A model generated the notes under the pieces. That model was not told the DNA's origin. It ran no database searches and saw nothing but the letters and a program-made list of their open reading frames with translations. Of a DNA stretch of 32,000 nt, positions 24,963-32,000 are shown in pieces. The first letter of the stretch is position 1. Every line of letters starts with the position of its first letter. The DNA comes from Kiritimatiella glycovorans (lineage in GTDB: Bacteria > Verrucomicrobiota > Kiritimatiellia > Kiritimatiellales > Kiritimatiellaceae). The position numbers were made by a program, and so were the translations under genes. Location: the NCBI RefSeq assembly GCF_001017655.1, contig NZ_CP010904.1, positions 2,190,001 to 2,222,000 of the forward strand, read 5' to 3'.

Positions 24963-26205
24963 GTCCGCCTCCTTCGTGTTCTTCCAGCAGCAGCCTGCGC
25001 GCCGCGCGCAGGACTCCGCCATGATCCGTCACCATCTCCCAGTTGTACAGACACAACAGCCGGCAGCCTTCGGTGTACAGGGTTTTTCTGAAAGCCTCCC
25101 GCCAGGGGTCATGGGCCATCGGCTCGAGCAGCAGCCACTCGACAGCCCCCCAGTACGGGGCGTCGGTCGCCGCGACCCCGCGCATGATCCCCTCGTCCTT
25201 TTCGGGATTCCCCGCATGGGTGTACACACTCCAGCCGGGACAGGCGAATTCATTCAGGGCCGCGTCATAGAGCCGCTCGCCCTCGCGATACCCCACCCCG
25301 TGTGTGAACAGCCGGTCGCGGGGGATCCCCAGCTCCGCGGCCGCACGCGAGAGATCGCGCAGATGGAGCCGCACGACTTCGTACAGATCCTCTTCCGTAA
25401 TGTCGCCTTCGGTTCGAAGACCCGCGGTGGACAGGGCGGCGTAGCCCTGCTGGACCATGCCGCGGCTGAGGAAATCGTCGGTGACCAGCTCACGGCTCGG
25501 ATCGCGCCGGGGCGGCCGGTCGAGCCACTCGTTCCCGTTGGGATAATAGTAGGCGCTGGTTCCGATCGAACTCTCCCAGCCGACATTCAGGCCCACGAAG
25601 AGATGCTTTTCGCTGTCCCACAACGCTTCGTACCACTCGGCGATGATCGGTACGAGCCGCCGCATCTGCTCGTGACATGCGCGGCGGTATTCGGGGCTGG
25701 CGAGGTTCGGCGGCGGCAGGACCCGGATCTGACGGCCCCAGTTGCGCCAGGCGATCTTCATCGCGTGATCGGGCGACCACCAGGTCCATTCGACGTTACG
25801 CCGATTGTCGGGATCGTAGCCGGGCCGCGAGGGATCCCACCAGTTCCAGAGGTCGGGCCGCGCTCCCCACCACTGCTCGCCGTCGAGCTTGATCCATACC
25901 GGGACCCCGGTTTCCCGCGAGGCGGCGAGCAGTTCGCGCAGGGACTGCTCCAGTTGCGCGGGCTCGGCATTGAGATAGGAGAAGATCGTCCCGACGCCGA
26001 GCATGACTTCCGGGTTGCGGTCGTGCCCCTCGAAGTTCGCGGCGATCTCTCTGAGCACCTCTTCGTGCGACTGGGGCGAGCCGGGGGTCCATGTGCGCAT
26101 GAAGCAGAGATAGCGCGTCTCCGGATCCTCCACGGCCCGCACGGATACCGCGGCGAAGGCCAGCCCCGCCGCGAGCAGGATGAACCCCCGGCAGAACCGG
26201 CTCAT
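24955..26205 (-). CDS. Secreted protein of unknown function (416 aa) encoded inside the GH38 operon; possible carbohydrate-active enzyme
   Basis: It has a signal peptide (MSRFCRGFILLAAGLAFAAVSVRA). Its ATG overlaps the GH38 stop (ATGA) and its stop overlaps the transporter start. It is Trp-rich (DGEQWWG, WNWWDP, EWTWW). I recognise no family. Confidence 0.6.
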   Translation of the reverse strand: MSRFCRGFILLAAGLAFAAVSVRAVEDPETRYLCFMRTWTPGSPQSHEEVLREIAANFEGHDRNPEVMLGVGTIFSYLNAEPAQLEQSLRELLAASRETGVPVWIKLDGEQWWGARPDLWNWWDPSRPGYDPDNRRNVEWTWWSPDHAMKIAWRNWGRQIRVLPPPNLASPEYRRACHEQMRRLVPIIAEWYEALWDSEKHLFVGLNVGWESSIGTSAYYYPNGNEWLDRPPRRDPSRELVTDDFLSRGMVQQGYAALSTAGLRTEGDITEEDLYEVVRLHLRDLSRAAAELGIPRDRLFTHGVGYREGERLYDAALNEFACPGWSVYTHAGNPEKDEGIMRGVAATDAPYWGAVEWLLLEPMAHDPWREAFRKTLYTEGCRLLCLYNWEMVTDHGGVLRAARRLLLEEHEGGGRE

Positions 26206-29069
26206 GCCCCACCCTTTCCGGTCAGTTCGATGGTGACGATCGCCCCCGCGCCGGCGGAGAAACGCACCCTGCCGTCCTCGAGTTCAAGCTCGGCATCCAC
26301 CTTCTCTTCGAGGGTCAGCATCCGCGCCGCCGTGACGCAGTCGGGTACGGTGAGGGTCACGTCCGCCGCCTCGCCGGTGGGATTGTATCCGCGCAGGATC
26401 ATCGCCTCGCCCGACTCCGCCTGCTTGAGCGCGCTGAACACGAAGCGCTCGCTGTCCCACTGCAGGAACGAGTGCCGCATCGGGAGCGTACCCTCGTGGC
26501 GCGTGCTGCTCACGGTCTCGGGCGGGACGACGAACCGCATGGCGCGGTTGGCCAGCTCGTGTTCGCCCTCGCCGGCGTCGTGCGGCGCCACGGCGTAGCG
26601 GAACCCATGCGTACCCGGACACTGCGCCAGCGGCTGCGGTTCGTACATCTCGGAATTGTTCCCGGCCGTCCCGAACGCGCGCAGCAGCGTCAGCGCCACC
26701 GCGCGGTCGGCGTCGTCGCTTACCTCATACTCCGAAAGACCCCGGTGCATGACCTGCAGACCGCCCTTCGCATCCTCCACATCCACGAACGACGTCGTCG
26801 GCAGCGTGCGTGCCGCGGCCTCATACCACCCGCTCGAATCCGGGATCGTGAAATCGCGCGTCACGACGTCGAACGCCGAATCGACCCGACAGGTCGTCGC
26901 CTCCGCCCGGCCGGTCGGGAAGAGCACGCGCAAGCGATGGTCCCGGACGGTATGATCGATCGTGGTCTCGAATTCCACCTGCCGCGCGTCCCTGCGCAGG
27001 GAAACCTCGGTCACCATGCGCATGGCGATTTTCCGTTCCGAGCGGCGCAGGGGGCCCTTGTAGATCCAGCGGTTGCCGTGGGGGACATGGACGCGGATTT
27101 CGGCGTCGAGCCCTTCGGGCAGTTCCCACTCGCGTTCGATCCGGTAACGGCTCCGTACCGGCCCGTTTTCGATACAGGCGATGCGCGCCGGCAGACCCTT
27201 CGTGGTCCAGGTCTGATCGCTCTCCGGCCGGTCGTGCGTCAGCGGCCCGCCGCACTCGCCCTCGTCCTCGAAGACGTGCAGCCCGGCGTAGGTCTCGCCG
27301 CTGGCCTTGTCGAAGAGATCCAGCGACCCGTCCGGAAGGATTTCGGCGCGCAGATGGTCGTTCTCCAGCCGGCGCGGCACCGGCGAGAGCAGATCCACGG
27401 GCCGATCCTGCGACTGTTCGGGACGGACCGTGAACGATGCGTAGCCCATCGGCGGCAGGTCGTCGGCATGAAAAGCGATCCGGAGGCGTGTCACGTCGAG
27501 GTCCATGTGCGAACCGTAGCGCAGGTAGGCGAAGGCCGTCTCGTCCTCCAGGTGCGAGATCTGGGCGCGGACGGGGTTGCCGTCGGCGTCCGCGAGCTTG
27601 ACCGCCATCGGCCGGACGTAGTGCGTGCCGGGATCGATGCGCAGGCCCCACTCGTGGGGGACGTCGATGACGGCCTCGACGACCTCGGATCGCCGCTGCG
27701 CGGTGGGATTGAAGACCGTGAGTCCGATCTCCTTTTCATCGAGCCCGCTGAAATCGATCCGGTCGACGACCGGGAACAGCCCGTCGCGCATGGCGACCTC
27801 GGCGATATCCCGCACGTTGCGGTAGCGCTCCTCCATCGCCTCGCTGATCCGGTCGACATGACACCCGCCGATCCCGTCGTGCTGCTGGTTCTGGAGCAGT
27901 TCCTGCCATCCTTTGCGCAAAAAGAGCCGCGGATATTCGCCGCCGAGCCAGGCGTTCCAGGCGGAGGCGGGTTCGGCCCATTTCTCGAGGCGGGTCTGCG
28001 CGGCGGCGTTCATCATTTTGAGCGGCATCCGGGCGGAGAACACGCCGATGTAGAGCGGGGCGAAGGGGTCGCCGCTTTTTTCGACCGAGAGCATCTCGCC
28101 GGTAAAGGTCTTGAACGACTCGCCCGCGCCGCGCGACTCGATGTCCTCGCGCGCCAGCCGGACGTACTCGGGGAGACTGCTCACATGCAGCTTCCCGCAG
28201 TCGAGCCGTTCGTTGATCTTGTCTACGAGGTCCGGCACGATCGGGTCGGGGTTCTCCTGGTCGAACCCCTGCAGGAAGAGCAGGTGGCGGGTCGACGACT
28301 TATGGCGCACGCTTTCGATCAGCCGTTCCATGCCCTCCATGGCCGCATCGAGGTCCTCGCCGTGGGGCTGGTTGCGGACGAAGTGGTTCAGGTCGTCCGC
28401 ACCGGGCGTGCAGCGTCGCAGGAGATAGCCGCCGTGTTCGGTGGTGTTTTTGAAATCGAGCGCGGGCAGCCCGCCGTTGATATACGGGCGGTAGGCGAAG
28501 ACCCAGAAGTTGAGCCGATGGTACTCGCCGAAGGTGAGGCCCAGCGCCTTCGTCCCGTCGGGCGCCTCCCACCAGAACTCGAGTTTTTCGAGGTTCGACT
28601 GGTCGATGCCGCGGTAGAAGAGGATCGTATCCATGCCGAACTGGCGGTAGATCTGCGGGAGCTGGGAGACCTGGCCCCAGGAGAAGATATTGTACGCCGT
28701 CTTCATCACCCCGCCGAGTTCGCCGGCGATCCGGTGGCCGAAGAGCAGGTTGCGCACCAGCGCCTCGCCGCTGACGAGGTATTCGGCCGGCAGCGTGTAC
28801 CACGGCCCCGCCAGCAGGCGTCCCTCGGCCATGAGTTTCTTCACGCGTTCGCGGTTTTCGGGCCGCAGTTCTAGGTAATCGTCGACGAACGACGCCTGCG
28901 AGTCGGCGTGAAAGTACGCGAAGCGCGGATCGTTCTCCATGGTCTCGACCAGGATATCGCCCGCTTCGCGCAGCCGCATCTGGGTCTCGCGGAACGACCA
29001 GCGGTACTCGCGGTCCCAGTGCGTATTGATAATCAGATGCATATCATAAGGCGGTTCTGCGGCAGCCAT
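26202..29069 (-). CDS. Glycoside hydrolase family 38 alpha-mannosidase (cytoplasmic, mannosylglycerate-hydrolase-like clade)
   Basis: It has the N-terminal GH38 catalytic signature HLIINTHWDREYRWSF...FHADSQ...GPWYTLPAEYLVSGEALVRNLLFG. Length is about 955 aa. The ATG at 29069 preceded by GGGAGA is preferred over the TTG track start at 29108. Confidence 0.85.
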   Translation of the reverse strand: MAAAEPPYDMHLIINTHWDREYRWSFRETQMRLREAGDILVETMENDPRFAYFHADSQASFVDDYLELRPENRERVKKLMAEGRLLAGPWYTLPAEYLVSGEALVRNLLFGHRIAGELGGVMKTAYNIFSWGQVSQLPQIYRQFGMDTILFYRGIDQSNLEKLEFWWEAPDGTKALGLTFGEYHRLNFWVFAYRPYINGGLPALDFKNTTEHGGYLLRRCTPGADDLNHFVRNQPHGEDLDAAMEGMERLIESVRHKSSTRHLLFLQGFDQENPDPIVPDLVDKINERLDCGKLHVSSLPEYVRLAREDIESRGAGESFKTFTGEMLSVEKSGDPFAPLYIGVFSARMPLKMMNAAAQTRLEKWAEPASAWNAWLGGEYPRLFLRKGWQELLQNQQHDGIGGCHVDRISEAMEERYRNVRDIAEVAMRDGLFPVVDRIDFSGLDEKEIGLTVFNPTAQRRSEVVEAVIDVPHEWGLRIDPGTHYVRPMAVKLADADGNPVRAQISHLEDETAFAYLRYGSHMDLDVTRLRIAFHADDLPPMGYASFTVRPEQSQDRPVDLLSPVPRRLENDHLRAEILPDGSLDLFDKASGETYAGLHVFEDEGECGGPLTHDRPESDQTWTTKGLPARIACIENGPVRSRYRIEREWELPEGLDAEIRVHVPHGNRWIYKGPLRRSERKIAMRMVTEVSLRRDARQVEFETTIDHTVRDHRLRVLFPTGRAEATTCRVDSAFDVVTRDFTIPDSSGWYEAAARTLPTTSFVDVEDAKGGLQVMHRGLSEYEVSDDADRAVALTLLRAFGTAGNNSEMYEPQPLAQCPGTHGFRYAVAPHDAGEGEHELANRAMRFVVPPETVSSTRHEGTLPMRHSFLQWDSERFVFSALKQAESGEAMILRGYNPTGEAADVTLTVPDCVTAARMLTLEEKVDAELELEDGRVRFSAGAGAIVTIELTGKGGA

Positions 29070-29302
29070 CAAAAACTCTCCCGTCTGTGTCCCTGCATTC
29101 CTGTTCAATTCTCATATCGTGAAATCGTTTGCCAAAAGAGGTTTTTCGCTGATCGGCGGGCGTTTTTCAAGCCTTAAAATATCGTTCGCAGCAGCGCCGT
29201 ACGCCTGCCCCGCAGGCAAGGCGCGTGAAGATCACGGCCCTGGCTCCGCTTCGCGGACCTGCGGGCCTACTACGAACCTTTTCCGCTGCGCGGGTCTGCG
29301 AC

Positions 29303-30478
29303 TCAGCGATACACGGCGTACTTCTTCCTGTACTGAGCGGGGCTCATTTTCTTCTCCTGCCGGAACAGGCGGGAAAAGTTTTTTGAGTCCTCGCAGCCCA
29401 GCTTGAGGGCGATCTCGTGGATCGGGAGGTTGCTTTCAATGAGAAAGGTCGAGGCGCGATCCACGCGGACCCTTCGTATTTCGGCATAGATCGATCTGCC
29501 GAGCCGGGCCTTGAACCGGCGATACAACACGCGCCGCGAAACCGGCACATGCCTCAAAACGTCTTCCACATGAATATTTTTCGTGGCGTGGTCCCTGATG
29601 AACCGCAACGCTGCGGCGAAATGAGGGTCGCCCGGGGCCGCGATATCGGTCGACTGCCTCCGCACCACATGAAGCGGTTCGGCGCAGACATCGTAGCCCT
29701 CCCGCGGGATGGTTCCGTCCATCATGCCGGCCAGCAGCTCCGCGGCATCATAGCCGGTCTGTTCCGTATTCCAGTAGATACTCGATAAGGGCGGATCCAC
29801 GAAATCGCATATCAGCTCGTCGTTACCCACGCCCACCACGGCCACGTCCTCAGGAACGCGCAGGCCCGCATTGTGACAGGCCTCAAAACAGTCGACGCAG
29901 CAATCGTCCGTACAGACCATCAGACCGAACGGAGTCGGCTGCGAAGCCAGCCAGTCCCGCAATTTGCGCTGCCGCGCGGCACGGTCCATCCGCATCCGCT
30001 TTGAATCGAGATCGTATACGGCGCAGGTGCAGTCAGCGACCCCCTGCGCGGCCCCGGTAAATCCAAGTCTCCTCCCGTTTGACCAATGATACTTTTGCTC
30101 CAGCCCATAGAAGGCCAGATGACGATATCCGAGCCCGAGCAGATGCTCCACAGCCATGCGGCCGATCGCCGCATCGTCGGTCAGAATATTGGGATAGCAC
30201 GATGAGACCTTCGTATTGGGCGCATAGACACACGGGATATCGAGTTTACCGATATCCGGCGATACGTCCGATTCTCTCCATATCACCCCGTCGGCATCCC
30301 AGTTCGCGAGATCATCCGGCGACACCCGGCTTTTACCGCCGGAGGCCAACGGGGTGCGCCGCAACAATGTCCACGGGCCGTGCAGGTGGGAATAATTAAG
30401 GACCCCCCGCACCAGCCCGCGCTCATAGGCGCGCGCGGTATCCACCAATAGTATGACTCTGCGCTTGGCTCCGGACAT
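29303..30478 (-). CDS. XylR-type regulator: periplasmic-binding-protein-like sugar sensor fused to an AraC-family HTH
   Basis: The N-terminus RRVILLVDTARAYERGLVRGV is LacI/PBP-like. The C-terminus is an AraC HTH (FIRDHATKNIHVEDVL...LIESNLPIHEIALKLGCEDSKNFSRLFRQEKKMSPAQYRK). ATG at 30478 is preceded by GGGGGAGG. Confidence 0.8.
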   Translation of the reverse strand: MSGAKRRVILLVDTARAYERGLVRGVLNYSHLHGPWTLLRRTPLASGGKSRVSPDDLANWDADGVIWRESDVSPDIGKLDIPCVYAPNTKVSSCYPNILTDDAAIGRMAVEHLLGLGYRHLAFYGLEQKYHWSNGRRLGFTGAAQGVADCTCAVYDLDSKRMRMDRAARQRKLRDWLASQPTPFGLMVCTDDCCVDCFEACHNAGLRVPEDVAVVGVGNDELICDFVDPPLSSIYWNTEQTGYDAAELLAGMMDGTIPREGYDVCAEPLHVVRRQSTDIAAPGDPHFAAALRFIRDHATKNIHVEDVLRHVPVSRRVLYRRFKARLGRSIYAEIRRVRVDRASTFLIESNLPIHEIALKLGCEDSKNFSRLFRQEKKMSPAQYRKKYAVYR

Positions 30479-30644
30479 CCTCCCCCGAACCGTAGCCGGA
30501 CACGCAGGCCCGTCAAGCACAATGGCACACAATGAAGGTAAAAAGACACTGAGAGAGGTTGCCCTTATGGGTCCCGCCCCGTAAAGATCGCCGCAGGAAT
30601 CGCGAGCTTCCTACTTATGGGCTTATGACCTGCGGGGATCTATC

Positions 30645-31679
30645 ATGAACGGCAGAGAACGAATGAACGCGGTGCTGAACCACGAACCGCCCGACCGGGT
30701 CCCTTTCGTCCCGTCCATTTACGAACACGGTGCAAGGGTTATCGGCAGAAGTCCCTACGAGACCAGCCGATCGGCGGCGCTTACCGCTGAAGCGGCGCTG
30801 AAATCATACGAGATCTACGGACACGACCTGGTGACCGTCGGCATCGATATCTACAACGTCGAGGCCGAGGCCTTCGGCTGCGAACTCTCCTTCGACCCGA
30901 AAAAATATATTCCGGGCATAAAATCCCATCCGCTGGCGGGTTCGACCGCCCTGGATGCGGGCGGACTGGACATCCCTGCGCCGGGAGAGGGAAATCGCTT
31001 ACAGCTGATCGTGGACGCGACGCAACGGGTGGTCGACGAGGCAGGCGATGAGGTATGGGTTCTGGCGACGATGTCCGGCCCGTTCTCGCAGGCCGCGGAA
31101 TTGCGCGGATTCGAAAACCTCATCTGCGATATGGTGGACACCCCGGAGCGGGTGCATGAACTCATGAACCTGACGACCGAGCTGTCGCTTCAGCAGGCCC
31201 GGCGCATCTCGGAAGTCGGCGCGGGCGTGAGTATATTCGAATCGTGGGCCACCATCCCGCTGATCACCTCGGATATCTTCGCCGAGTACGTGGTGCCCTA
31301 CAACAAGAAGGTCATCGAGATGATCAAGCGGGATTATGAGGTGCCGCCGCCGGCAGTCATCATGGGCGGCGATACGGCCATGCTGATGGACCACTTTATC
31401 GACGTCGGCACCTCGCTGGTCGTCGCCGACTACATGACGGACCTGGAACTCATGAAGGAGAAAACCCGGGATCTCCAGATGATCGTGCGGGGCTGCGCCG
31501 ACCCCAAAATGATTGAGCGCGGGCAGTGGGAGGGGGTCCAAGAATCGATTGACGGACTGGCCCGGAAGAAAAGGGGCATGAATAATTTTGTGTGGGGCTG
31601 CGGTTGCGTATCCCTCGATACCGGCACGGACGCCCTGATGAGGTTTAAAAAGATGTGCGCCGAAGCGGGGGGCCATTGA
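30645..31679 (+). CDS. Uroporphyrinogen decarboxylase (URO-D) family protein (MtaA/CmuA-like fold), function unknown in this context
   Basis: MNGRERMNAVLNHEPPDRVPFVPSIY is the typical URO-D-family N-terminus. Length is 344 aa. Confidence 0.65.
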   Translation: MNGRERMNAVLNHEPPDRVPFVPSIYEHGARVIGRSPYETSRSAALTAEAALKSYEIYGHDLVTVGIDIYNVEAEAFGCELSFDPKKYIPGIKSHPLAGSTALDAGGLDIPAPGEGNRLQLIVDATQRVVDEAGDEVWVLATMSGPFSQAAELRGFENLICDMVDTPERVHELMNLTTELSLQQARRISEVGAGVSIFESWATIPLITSDIFAEYVVPYNKKVIEMIKRDYEVPPPAVIMGGDTAMLMDHFIDVGTSLVVADYMTDLELMKEKTRDLQMIVRGCADPKMIERGQWEGVQESIDGLARKKRGMNNFVWGCGCVSLDTGTDALMRFKKMCAEAGGH

Positions 31680-31748
31680 CCGCACACAGCGGGGTTCCCG
31701 CTCGTACATCCCGGCGAAAAGAAACGCTGAACATCGGAGAGGATCATT

Positions 31749-32000
31749 ATGTGGCTGGGCCTTGATTATGCCATCTGGTGTGTAGTGCTGATCTACCTGC
31801 TGGCCATGCTGGCGCTCGGCTGGTGGAGTCGTGGCAGGGCCTCGAGCCAGGACGGCTATCTGATGGGGGAAAGAAAATTCAATACCCCGATGATGATCAT
31901 GCACTCTTTCGGAGCCGGCACGAATCCGGGCGATGCCGCCGGCGTCGTCAGCGGCAGCACCCAGGCGGGGGCCTCGGGCGTCTGGGTGTCGTGGCTGTGG
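31749..32000 (+). CDS. Sodium:solute symporter (SSS) family transporter, N-terminal 84 aa (runs off the window)
   Basis: My translation from the ATG at 31749 (preceded by GGAGAGG) reads MWLGLDYAIWCVVLIYLLAMLALGWWSRGRASSQDGYLMGERKFNTPMMIMHSFGAG. This is an SSS-like first TM followed by a D-x-Y-L-x-G-x-R motif. It is not in the ORF track because there is no stop in the window. Confidence 0.6.
   Translation, partial: MWLGLDYAIWCVVLIYLLAMLALGWWSRGRASSQDGYLMGERKFNTPMMIMHSFGAGTNPGDAAGVVSGSTQAGASGVWVSWLW

Noticed and set aside
29109-29302. Small ORF 29119..29406+ and the hairpin GCCTGC-CCC-GCAGGC as a gene or terminator in the GH38/regulator spacer
   Set aside because: The ORF has no SD, overlaps the regulator's 3' end in antisense and has shadow-ORF composition. 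The hairpin has no adjacent T-run on the relevant strand. The spacer probably just holds the GH38 operon promoter and operators, which I cannot define.

Overview
GC-rich bacterial chromosomal window. Gene content and the prepilin-type pseudopilins suggest a PVC-superphylum organism (Verrucomicrobiota, Kiritimatiellota or Lentisphaerota), but that assignment is inference only. I support about 32 protein genes. In order they are: recA (5' part, minus strand, not in the ORF track); a SIMPL-like secreted protein; a REP-associated tyrosine transposase (RAYT) between two co-oriented arrays of a 98-99-bp double-hairpin repeat; a small Cys-rich protein; two pseudopilins; and a Ni/Co ECF-type uptake system. 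That uptake system (nikK-like, cbiM/nikM, nikL-like ... cbiQ, cbiO) is interrupted by a standalone homocysteine S-methyltransferase gene, an opposite-strand ABC exporter and about 1 kb of repeat-only DNA. The remaining genes are murA (Asp at the fosfomycin-target Cys position), tpx, vapBC, mnmE, a HAD hydrolase, tolC-macA-macB, an M48 peptidase and a GH38 alpha-mannosidase sugar locus. The sugar locus includes an uncharacterised secreted protein, a GPH symporter, a XylR-type regulator, a URO-D-family protein and a partial SSS symporter. I found no rRNA, tRNA, CRISPR array or cas genes. The most unusual property is the density of unrelated, highly structured intergenic repeat families, roughly 2.7 kb in total. 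They are the RAYT/REP arrays, a bipartite 66-bp plus short inverted-motif block, a 40-43-bp hairpin array with a compensatory singleton copy, a 132-bp nested-hairpin element, a dispersed ~30-bp motif in 5' regions, and hexamer microsatellites. Many long ORFs in the track are antisense or repeat-derived artefacts of high GC, and the track also uses GTG/TTG starts, so several starts were re-placed at ATG/GTG codons with Shine-Dalgarno support. All homology calls come from motif recognition by eye; no database search was run.
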